Below, piece by piece: positions 27,601-35,513 of a stretch of 42,869 nucleotides of DNA. The notes under the pieces were generated by a model, which saw only the letters and a list, made by a program, of their open reading frames with translations, was not told the origin of the DNA and ran no database searches. This DNA is from Acinetobacter phage vB_AbaA_LLY, in the sequence record OQ503491.1; one strand, 5' to 3'. How positions within the stretch are numbered: the first letter of the stretch is position 1; the number at the start of each line of letters is the position of its first letter. The translations under genes were made by a program, and so were the position numbers.

Positions 27601-28452
27601 ATGACTATGAATGTGCTGGCTTCTCTGAATGCACTGGTAGACGCGGCAATTGAGTCTCAGGACGTGGACATGCGTGAGACTGCACAGGGTGGTGCGTACG
27701 AAGACGTACTGCTGCCGAAGGGCGAGTACTACGGCTATTTTACCGAGTACGTGGAAATCGGTAAGCGCCTGCCGACCAAGGGTGGCAAGCCGACCGGTAA
27801 GCCCGCAGTAGCTAACGTACGCATCGGCATTGTAGTGTTCGGCCCTAATGGCGAAGTGAAGCGTATCCGCCCGTTCCCGATGGCTATCAGTAACTTTGAG
27901 CGCGCAGGCTTCAAGAAGTTCTTCGACAAGCTCAACTACGACAATAGCATTAAGCATGCAGCACAGCGTCTGGGCCAGGCCTTCACCTTCCCGATTGATG
28001 AGCACACCAGTGCCTCGGGTAAAAAGTCTAACATCGTGGACCTGTCTGGTATCCGTCCAATTCCTAAGTTCGACCCGAACACCGGTGAGCCTATCAAGAT
28101 GCCAGCGCTGGATGCTTCCGAGATTAAGCTGTTCCTGTGGAACAACCCGACCAAGGAAACCTGGGATAGCTTATATATTGAGGGGACCAAGGACGACGGT
28201 AAGAGCAAGAACTGGATTCAGGAGGATATGTACAAGGCCGTAGACTTCCCGGGCAGTGCTCTGGATATTATGCTGAACGCTGGGTCGGTTCCTAGTCCGG
28301 CGGCTATGCAGGCACCAGCGGCACCCGCTGCCCCTGCGGCAGTTGCTGCTCCGGCAGCACCAGCAGCCCCGGTAGCTCTGGCTGCGCCAGTGGCTCCGGC
28401 GGCCCCTGTAGCTCCTGTAGCGCCAGCAGCGCCCGCTGCACCTCAAGCCTAA
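27601..28452 (+). CDS. Hypothetical protein with a C-terminal Pro/Ala-rich low-complexity tail (PAAP repeats)
   Basis: The C-terminal ~50 aa are PAAMQAPAAPAAPAAVAAPAAPAAPVALAAPVAPAAPVAPVAPAAPAAPQA, encoded by a GC-rich repetitive DNA tract at ~28300-28445. Confidence 0.5.
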   Translation: MTMNVLASLNALVDAAIESQDVDMRETAQGGAYEDVLLPKGEYYGYFTEYVEIGKRLPTKGGKPTGKPAVANVRIGIVVFGPNGEVKRIRPFPMAISNFERAGFKKFFDKLNYDNSIKHAAQRLGQAFTFPIDEHTSASGKKSNIVDLSGIRPIPKFDPNTGEPIKMPALDASEIKLFLWNNPTKETWDSLYIEGTKDDGKSKNWIQEDMYKAVDFPGSALDIMLNAGSVPSPAAMQAPAAPAAPAAVAAPAAPAAPVALAAPVAPAAPVAPVAPAAPAAPQA

Positions 28453-28571
28453 TCAACCCTAACCTAAACTAATACGGCCCCGCCTGGGGCCTTAGAGTAA
28501 GCATTCCGAGCAGGCCGATAAACTGCGCGCTAAGCGTGATGAAGTAGCGAACTTCCTGGGAGGTATAAGCA

Positions 28572-28943
28572 ATGGATAAAGTATTGGACGCATACAAGAA
28601 ACTGGTTCTGGTGGTAGGTTACGTGAACTGTGGTGTCGTTCAGGGTTTCAACAATGATGACCAGCTCGGCGCTGTGTACGACGCCCTGGATAAACTGGCC
28701 GCCCTATACGGTATGGACCTTGAATTGGCGGCCACCGCCTTCAAGGAGCATAACGACCTAGCGGCGCATGCCGGCAAGTTGAAGGGGGATGATCTGGCGA
28801 TTATCCGCATCGTAGGCACCCTCAGTATTGGCTTAGCAGAGATTGGTTCCTGTATCTATGACGTAGATCAGAGCCTGCGTACTCCGGAAGTAATCGGGGA
28901 CATGCTCGGCACCGTACTGGTGCTGTCTGAGTTGGAGGCTTGA
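28572..28943 (+). CDS. Hypothetical protein (123 aa)
   Basis: ORF with a GGGAGG RBS. Confidence 0.45.
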   Translation: MDKVLDAYKKLVLVVGYVNCGVVQGFNNDDQLGAVYDALDKLAALYGMDLELAATAFKEHNDLAAHAGKLKGDDLAIIRIVGTLSIGLAEIGSCIYDVDQSLRTPEVIGDMLGTVLVLSELEA

Positions 28944-28945
28944 GT

Positions 28946-29104
28946 ATGCTGTACGTATCTCGCGCAATTTTTATAGCGTTAATGTTTCCCCTGCTCCCAC
29001 TGGCGGGCCTGGTATACCTTGGCGATAAGCTGAGCAAGGCAAAGTGGGCAGAACGTTGGGCTGAGTGGGCTGATAAGAAGGCCCGTGACATTACGGGGGT
29101 CTGA
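28946..29104 (+). CDS. Small membrane protein (52 aa); not in the supplied ORF track
   Basis: GGAGG RBS. Hydrophobic segment IFIALMFPLLPLAGLVYL. TGATG overlap with the exonuclease start. Confidence 0.35.
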   Translation: MLYVSRAIFIALMFPLLPLAGLVYLGDKLSKAKWAERWAEWADKKARDITGV

Positions 29105-30072
29105 TGATTATCAACGGGGTTGACTTATCCCAGCTTGAGGCGCAGTTAGCTCCGCAGAACTCTGGGAAGATTCTGCTGTATGATGCGGACTTTTGCGTGT
29201 ACAAAGCCGCCGCTACGGTGAAACGTCTGGACACCGCGATACGTCGCTTCTATCAGCTGGTGCTGGAGGACATGTTCCTGGTCGGCTGCTCAGAAGCAGT
29301 GGCGTATCTGACGCCAGCAGGATGTGCTAAGTGCCTGCGCTGGCACCTGCCAACGGCTAAGCCATATCAGGGACAGCGTGCTAACCGCCAGGAGCTGCCA
29401 CTTAAAGCGCCGTTGAAGCGGCACCTGATTGAGAATCCAGACCAGTATTCTGAGCAGGGTATACAGATAGTCAGCAGCGACTACTTCGAGGCCGATGACC
29501 TGTTCATAATGGATTCGTACAGCTTCGGGGACCGGGGAATCCTTATGTCCCAGGACAAGGACTCCTGGCTCAGCCCTATGGCTCGGTTCGATATCCCGAC
29601 CGGAACCGTGTGGCCTGCCTTGGATAACCCCTTCGGCTGGATTAAGTGGGATGACACTCAGGCTATGCCGGTACGGGCGCATGGTACTAAGTTCTTCTGG
29701 TGGCAGATGCTAGCAGGGGATGACGCAGATAACGTCAAAGGCATCACATTGCTTGATGGGAAGCTCTGTGGGAAGCGGACGGCCTTTGATGCTATCTACC
29801 CTATTACCTCAGAGCAGGACGCCGCAGAATTCGTTGTAGCGGCCTATGCTCGAAACAACCAAGATGTACTCGCAGAGGCAGAATGCCTATTCCTGCGGCG
29901 CTCCCCGTCAGATTCTGCATACCAGTATCTGATGTCACTGTTGACTACTCCCAGTCTACGTGACTGGGTGCAGTCGCTGCACGAGTACCATAAACAGCAC
30001 ATACAGTGGATACAGGAGCACCCAGACAATGGCGAAGATGTCTGCGAAGGAAATGAGCCTGCGGGCGATTGA
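29104..30072 (+). CDS. 5'-3' exonuclease (T7 gene 6 / FEN family)
   Basis: N-terminal ILLYDADFCVYKA and central DDLFIMDSYSFGDRGILMSQDKD acidic clusters typical of FEN/T7 gp6. Confidence 0.7.
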   Translation: MIINGVDLSQLEAQLAPQNSGKILLYDADFCVYKAAATVKRLDTAIRRFYQLVLEDMFLVGCSEAVAYLTPAGCAKCLRWHLPTAKPYQGQRANRQELPLKAPLKRHLIENPDQYSEQGIQIVSSDYFEADDLFIMDSYSFGDRGILMSQDKDSWLSPMARFDIPTGTVWPALDNPFGWIKWDDTQAMPVRAHGTKFFWWQMLAGDDADNVKGITLLDGKLCGKRTAFDAIYPITSEQDAAEFVVAAYARNNQDVLAEAECLFLRRSPSDSAYQYLMSLLTTPSLRDWVQSLHEYHKQHIQWIQEHPDNGEDVCEGNEPAGD

Positions 30073-30229
30073 GTTATACTACGAGGGGAAACATGATGAA
30101 CTTGAAACTATTCTGGATGCGCTGCGTGAACGAGCACCCAAAACACATCGAAGAACGGTTGAGCATTTGGATTCTATCATTCACGACAATGCTATGCTGG
30201 ATGTAATTGGGGAGATTCAGGTATGGTAG
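30029..30229 (+). CDS. Hypothetical small protein (66 aa; ORF track start 29960)
   Basis: ATG 30029 with a CAGGAGC RBS. Overlaps the exonuclease 3' end. Confidence 0.35.
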   Translation: MAKMSAKEMSLRAIELYYEGKHDELETILDALRERAPKTHRRTVEHLDSIIHDNAMLDVIGEIQVW

Positions 30230-31077
30230 ATTATGATTTCCCTAAGCGGATCATCTTACAGGGGGAGAGGGTAGGCCGTAGGCCGGACCTGCCAGAAGAG
30301 TTCCGTTTTGACGGCGAGGTGTTTAGGGGCATCCCATCTTCGGAGATGAATTTAGCGTGCTCTGCAACGGGGCGCTTCGTCGGCAAGACCGGTAAGATTC
30401 TTACCCCTAGAAAACAGAGTTCAGGGTACCTGTGGTATTCGTGGGTAAACGAATCTAGGGTATGTGCTAACGTCTATGCACACAGAGGTGTGGCTGAGGT
30501 GTGGTTAGCCCCAAGAGCCGGGGCGTATTACGTAAATCACAAGGATGGAAACAAGCATAACAATGCTGCAGATAACTTGGAATGGTGTACTTCTGCAGAA
30601 AACACACAGCACGCCATAGCTTCCGGACTGGTATGGAATTTGCCCAGGAAGGGGGAGGCTGGATTCCGTAGGATGACCCGCGCCCAGAACCGACAGGTAC
30701 AGACAAAGCTATGGAGGGAGCAGGGTGGGGTGTGCCCTATATGTGGGCTTCCCATAGACTTGCAGGCCAGTAGCAAGAATAATGGCCCTGTCACGGACCA
30801 TATACACGATGATACAGGGGCGGTTAGAGCGGTTCTACACAGAGGGTGCAACGGCTTTCTCGGTAAAGCGGAGAACACTACCCGCTGGGCGGGCGTATCT
30901 CCTAATGATAACGATCGGATAGCGGATTTGCTGATAAGCGCTGGGCATTATCTGATGTCCGAACCAACTCACATCCAGTATTATACAGTGCGTACGCCGG
31001 AAGAATTGGCGCAGGCACAGAAGCTCAAGGCCCGCAAGGCCCGGGCACGACGCAAAGCACGGGAGACTATTAAATGA
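30223..31077 (+). CDS. HNH endonuclease domain fused to an endonuclease VII-type (Holliday-junction-resolving) domain
   Basis: N-terminal region: YVNHKDGNKHNNAADNLEWCTSAENTQHA (HNH of the I-HmuI-like family). C-terminal region: GGVCPICGLPIDL...VTDHIHDDTGAVRAVLHRGCNGFLGKAEN matches T4 endo VII (GKCLICQ...HLDHDHE...GKVRGLLCNLCN). An internal Met at ~30670 could initiate a separate resolvase. Confidence 0.65.
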   Translation: MVDYDFPKRIILQGERVGRRPDLPEEFRFDGEVFRGIPSSEMNLACSATGRFVGKTGKILTPRKQSSGYLWYSWVNESRVCANVYAHRGVAEVWLAPRAGAYYVNHKDGNKHNNAADNLEWCTSAENTQHAIASGLVWNLPRKGEAGFRRMTRAQNRQVQTKLWREQGGVCPICGLPIDLQASSKNNGPVTDHIHDDTGAVRAVLHRGCNGFLGKAENTTRWAGVSPNDNDRIADLLISAGHYLMSEPTHIQYYTVRTPEELAQAQKLKARKARARRKARETIK

Positions 31078-31292
31078 GTGACACAGTAAATTCCCCTCAG
31101 CACTATGCAGGCGGTGGTGTAGAGTGCGTTGACGCAATAAAAGCTAGTATGTCATCGGAAGCATTCAAGGGGTACCTAAAGGGGAACGTCCAAAAATACT
31201 TGTGGCGTTACGAGAAAAAGGTTGCCCCATTGGAGGATTTACATAAAGCACAAGTTTACTTAGGGTGGTTAATTGAAGCGAATAAATCCTAA
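31074..31292 (+). CDS. DUF3310-family phage protein
   Basis: Signature SPQHY...GVEC...GNVQKYLWRY...DLHKAQVYLGWL. ATGA overlap with the upstream gene. Confidence 0.6.
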   Translation: MSDTVNSPQHYAGGGVECVDAIKASMSSEAFKGYLKGNVQKYLWRYEKKVAPLEDLHKAQVYLGWLIEANKS

Positions 31293-31429
31293 AACGGGAC
31301 TGTCGTTTAAGCGCGGAGATTAGGGAGTGTGATGTGCTCTGTGCCAACTGTCACAGAATTAAAACTTATGAGGAGCAGGAGTGGAGAGCCCTAGCGCATG
31401 GTGCCACAGGATGTGGCAGAAAGCAGTAG
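31286..31429 (+). pseudogene. Remnant C-terminal fragment of an HNH endonuclease (no start codon)
   Basis: Open frame translates to ...LSAEIRECDVLCANCHRIKTYEEQEW..., the characteristic C-terminal CxxCH..K tail of HNH nucleases. No ATG/GTG with an RBS, and a stop lies immediately upstream. Confidence 0.45.
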
Positions 31430-31527
31430 AACGGGGCGACGAAAGCTCCGCTAAAGACTACCTGGAGATGTACAATCTCTGGATTAGCAGGAACCTATAA
31501 GGGCATAACCGGGGAGATTAAGCGTCT

Positions 31528-33319
31528 ATGATTCACGCACTGAATACGGTTGTAGTATCAGAGGAAGCACTGGTGAAACGCCAGCTGGAGCTTGAAGAGG
31601 CCTATAAGATTCGCGGAATCGAGCGGGCACGTAAGCTGATTACGGACGCATTGCAGAACGGTGGGATTATGAACCTGCCGATGACGCAGCGTATGCTCAC
31701 CTCGGCATATGAGGTGGCTGCTGCCGCTATCGATGAGATGCGAAATGTCAAAGCCCCGGGCATTGGTGGGAAGTACCGCCGGTTCTTGCGCTTAGTCCCC
31801 TTGGATGTCCTGACCACCCTGAGCCTGTGCACAATGTTTGAGGCATTCAGCGTCGCCCCCGGCGAGTCCGCTAGTCGCCGCCAGACTGCACAGGCGGTAA
31901 TGTCCGCACTGGGCCGGAACGTACAATCGGAGCTGCTGGCACTGCAGTTACGCAACGTAGCCCCGGCGTACATGGACCGTGTATACGAGTACCTCACAGA
32001 GCGTCGTACGAAGTCCCCTACGCACATCCTGCGTACGCTCCGTGCCAGTGCCGAGAACGTGCACTATGGGCACGAGCCTTGGACCAATGCCCAGAACATC
32101 TCCGTAGGGCGTCTGCTGTGTGCCGCAGTGTTTGAGACGGGCCTGTTCCAGTGGAAGAACTGTAGCGGTAATCTGAGCATGCTATACCCCGCAGACAACG
32201 TTATGGAAGCATTCCAGCAGTTAGTGGAATCTGCCGACACTGTGACGATGAAGCCGCCTATGCTGGTACCGCCGGTGCGGCACACTACTCTGTGGGATGG
32301 TGGGTACCTTACCCCTATCGACAATCGCGGTACCTATCATAATTCTCACATTGACCGCGCGCGTCTCCGCGAAGTAGCGGAAGCATTTAAGTCCGCGGAC
32401 GGAATCAAGAAGGCGCTTAATAAGGCACAGGAAACCCCATACCGCATTAATAAGCGCATACTGGAACTGGTGCAAGAAGCACGGGCCCTGGGTGTTGGGA
32501 TAGGCATGCCTCGCTCAGTACCAGAGCCGAAACCGGAGTGGTATCTGGACGGGGTTCCGAAAGAGAACTACACCGAGGAAGAGCTTGACCGATTCGGTGA
32601 GTGGAAGACGCGCATGTCTCTATGGTATAGCGCTGACCGTAAGCGTGTATCGCAACTACGCAGCCTTCTGACTACGTTGGAAATGGCGGAGGAATTCAAA
32701 GATGAGAAAGCCTTGTACTTCCCGACTTGTGTGGACTGGCGTTACCGCCTGTACTTCAAGTCCTCGCTGCACCCCCAAGGTTCGGATTTGCAGAAAGCCC
32801 TTCTTGAGTTTGGCAGAGGAAAACCTCTGGGTGAGCGGGGACTATTCTGGCTCAAGGTACACGTCGCCACATGCTTTGGTTATGACAAAACCTTATTCGA
32901 AGACCGCGCAGCTTGGGTTGATGCGAACTTTGCAGCGCTCGGAGAGCTTGTGGTTTCACCGTTTGATTGCCCTGCTTTTGCCGAGGCAGACAGTCCCTGG
33001 TGTTTTCTGGCCGCCGCTATCGACCTGGTTAATGCTGTGCGTTCTGGATGCCCAGAAGAGTATATTAGCCGAATCCCGGTGGCTATGGACGCTACAAACT
33101 CAGGTGGACAACATCTCTCAGCGCTTCTGAGAGACCCTGTGGGCGGTCGTCTGACGAACCTGTACTGGGAGGGTAACGATAAGAAAGCGGACCTGTACAT
33201 GGACGTGAAGCGCCGTACAGACGAGAAGGTGATACTGGACCTGGACAAGGAGGATTTCGTTATCCAGAGCACGTACTGGAGAGAGAACGAAATCACCCGC
33301 AGCATGACCAAAAGACCGT
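31528..33319 (+). CDS. Single-subunit phage RNA polymerase, exon 1 (ends ...ITRSMTKRP + first nt of a Ser codon)
   Basis: T7-RNAP-like throughout. The ORF runs to the conserved TKR(S/P)(V/S)MT motif, then a TAA within the intron. Confidence 0.8.
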
Positions 33320-34103
33320 TAATGCACATCGGCGGTCTATAAACTAGGTGAATTCAGGGGACGGCTAGAACAGCCAATCCTGAGCGAAGCTACTACTGTG
33401 CGGCCTTATAGGAGGTCGTATGGAAACTAGGCAGTGCACAAAATGTAACGAAGTTAAACCTCTATCATCCTTCTCTAAAGGCACGCGAAGCGCAAACACG
33501 TTCCGCGGTGCCAGGGAGGTGGGCAAAGTAATTTATAAACCTACGTGTAAAATGTGCGATGCCGCCTACGCCAAGGCGTGGCGGGCAGCAAACCCAGATT
33601 ATCAGAAGAGGCAGAGAGCTAAACGAGCAAGGGTCGAGGTCTTGTCTATAGACCCTATGCTTAAATCCTTCGTGTCTTGTCGGGTGGCAGATGCAAAGGC
33701 TAGGGCAGCAGCTCGTAATTTGCCTTATGACTTGGATAGGGAATACATGTTGGCTATATGGGACGGGGTGTGCGCACTGTCCGGGGTGCCGATTAATTGC
33801 CACAAAGGCAGTATGTACATCGGCTCCATTGATAGAGTTAACCCCGAACTTGGTTATGTTAAGGGGAACGTGCAGTGGGTATCTTGGCAAGTTAATCGGG
33901 CTAAGGGAGAATACTCGCTGGAAGATTTAATTACAATGTGCCGCGCAGTAGTAGAACGTGCAGAGACTATCCGAAAGGAGTAGGGCCAAGCGGCCCGAAG
34001 CGCCTAGCCCCTTTAGTGGGTGATGATATAGTCCGACCTGTATGGGGACATACAGCAGCCGTAAGGCGGGGGATACCTAGCGAGTATCCCCGAACACTTT
34101 TTG
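33320..34103 (+). mobile_element. Group I intron (784 nt) in the phage RNA polymerase gene, encoding a Zn-finger/HNH-like endonuclease
   Basis: Splice 33319|34104 gives ...ITRSMTKRP-S-MTYFYSATV (T7 RNAP: VTRSVTKRSVMTLAYGSKE; mitochondrial RNAPs: VMTNVYGVT). Exon ends in U. P1: exon AGACCGU pairs with intron GCGGUCU (U·G). Intron ends in G. R element GCAGAGACUAUCCG, P8-like GGGCCAAGCGGCCC, S element GAUGAUAUAGUCCG, and the hairpin CTGTATGGGGACATACAG. The 5' region GAATTCAGGGG...CAATCCTGAGCGAAGC is homologous to the other two introns. Confidence 0.75.
33420..33983 (+). CDS. Intron-encoded endonuclease (N-terminal CxxC...CxxC zinc ribbon; C-terminal HNH/His-Me-finger-like motif)
   Basis: CTKCNEV...CKMCD zinc ribbon, then GSIDRVNPELGYVKGNVQWVSWQVNRAKG, which resembles an HNH/endo VII-type beta-beta-alpha motif with a trailing Asn/Lys. 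Good RBS (AGGAGG) before the ATG. Confidence 0.55.
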   Translation: METRQCTKCNEVKPLSSFSKGTRSANTFRGAREVGKVIYKPTCKMCDAAYAKAWRAANPDYQKRQRAKRARVEVLSIDPMLKSFVSCRVADAKARAAARNLPYDLDREYMLAIWDGVCALSGVPINCHKGSMYIGSIDRVNPELGYVKGNVQWVSWQVNRAKGEYSLEDLITMCRAVVERAETIRKE

Positions 34104-34780
34104 CGATGACTTACTTCTACAGCGCTACGGTGCGTAGCTGTAGTGATTATATCTTTGCAGGTGCCTGTGAAGAGGGGTACGAAGGAACGGATACACATAG
34201 TCTATGGAACCTATCCTGCTACCTGGCACCGCGTATGCGTACCGCTATTGAGGAGGCAAACCCAGCTGCGGCAGCAGTTATGGGGTACTTGCAGAACCTC
34301 GCTAGACGTGTACCAGCAAGCCAGCACCTGCAGTGGACTACGCCGCTAGGCGGGCTTGTAATGAACCGCTACACGCAGCGTGAAGAAGTGCGGGTACGCA
34401 TTGACTGTATGAACCTCACCATCATGCGCGTGCATAATCGGGATTTCAAGACCTGCAACAAGCGCAAGGCAGCCTCGGGGATTGCCCCGAACTTTGTGCA
34501 CAGCCTGGATAGTACGCACTTGATGATGGTTCTATGTGCCGCCGAGGGTCTGGACATTGTGCCGATTCACGACTCCCTAGCTACACATGCAGCCGATGTT
34601 GATACTATGCACCGGCACATCCGCGAGCAGTTTGTGCGTCTCTACGAAGAGCACGACCTTCTTGGGGATATCACTCGCGCGGCGGCAGCAGCTGGGGCGG
34701 ACTTGACGGATTTGGATATGCCTGAGGTAGGTACCCTGGACATCCGGCAAGTGCTAGAATCCCCTTTCTTCTTTTCATAA
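34104..34780 (+). CDS. Single-subunit phage RNA polymerase, exon 2 (C-terminal palm/thumb: GIAPNFVHSLDSTHL ... ILESPFFFS)
   Basis: Conserved T7 RNAP motif C region QESGIAPNFVHSQDGSHL and the C-terminal foot DILESDFAFA are matched. Confidence 0.8.
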
Positions 34781-34781
34781 A

Positions 34782-34805
34782 ATTTAATGTTACCGGAGTA
34801 GGAAT
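34782..34805 (+). promoter_or_regulatory. Copy B of recurring motif ATTTAATGTTACCGGAGTAGGAAT, overlapping the RBS/start of the downstream gene
   Basis: See copies A and C. Lies directly after the RNAP stop and contains GGAG 5 nt before the ATG of ORF 34804. Confidence 0.3.
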
Positions 34806-35244
34806 GAAGTTAAAACACACTAGTAAAACTTCCGATTACACTCTCAAGGTTCTGTATAAGTCTGACGACATTACAGACGCAGTGAGGCAACTGCACGAAC
34901 TGGGTCACGGCATTAGTCGGGGCCTAGCTCCAGAGCAGCACTACTGGAGAGTACTGGGGAGTGTACTGGGTAAACAGTATATACTAGGAGTCTATGACTC
35001 CCAAGGCGACTTAGTCGGTGCTGTCAGCTACTACCCAGAAGCTGTAGAGGACTGTCATTACGTAGAGCCTGTGCTGTATACAGACTTCTTCGTATTGAAG
35101 CCGGGTAACAGTAAGGCGGTACTTGTGATTATGCAGGGCCTTCGCGCAATAGCTAAGAGTATGCGGGCTGGGCGTATCGCCATTAGCCGAGGTGCGTCGG
35201 ATAACACATACAATACAACTTATCATTTAGTGAGGTCAGAATGA
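34804..35244 (+). CDS. Hypothetical protein (146 aa; possibly GNAT-like acetyltransferase fold)
   Basis: First gene of the structural block. The weak GNAT-like pattern is low confidence. Confidence 0.35.
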   Translation: MKLKHTSKTSDYTLKVLYKSDDITDAVRQLHELGHGISRGLAPEQHYWRVLGSVLGKQYILGVYDSQGDLVGAVSYYPEAVEDCHYVEPVLYTDFFVLKPGNSKAVLVIMQGLRAIAKSMRAGRIAISRGASDNTYNTTYHLVRSE

Positions 35245-35504
35245 GTGGTGGTTTAGGTAAACTGTTAGGCAAGGCCACGGATATGCTCGGCCTTACTGAC
35301 AACGCAGGATTAGAGGCGCAGCAGCGCTTGGCAGAGCAGCAGGCCAGCGCAGCGAAACAGCAGGCTGCCTTAGAGGCTAATAGCGCCGCAGATAACATTG
35401 CTGAGATTGACCCAGCAGGGGCTGCCTCTGCATCTGCAGATGCAATTACGTCTGAGCAGAAGAAACGGCGACAAGCAGGGCAGAGCAATCCTCTGGGCCT
35501 GTAA
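35241..35504 (+). CDS. Small hypothetical (virion?) protein, Ala/Gln-rich (87 aa)
   Basis: ATGA overlap with the upstream ORF. Located immediately upstream of the portal gene. Confidence 0.4.
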   Translation: MSGGLGKLLGKATDMLGLTDNAGLEAQQRLAEQQASAAKQQAALEANSAADNIAEIDPAGAASASADAITSEQKKRRQAGQSNPLGL

Positions 35505-35513
35505 GGGGGTAGC

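Noticed and set aside
28471-28477. TAATACG, the first 7 nt of the T7 promoter consensus, next to a GGCCCC-gcct-GGGGCC hairpin
   Set aside because: Only 7 nt match and the rest of the consensus is absent. The hairpin lacks a following U-tract. Probably coincidental, at most an RNA structure.
33938-34103. N-terminal 55 codons of ORF 33938..34780 (MPRSSRTCRDYPKGVGPSG...)
   Set aside because: In-frame read-through of intron sequence (P8/P9 region) preceding exon 2. No similarity to RNAP, and it overlaps the endonuclease gene end. The real exon starts at 34104.
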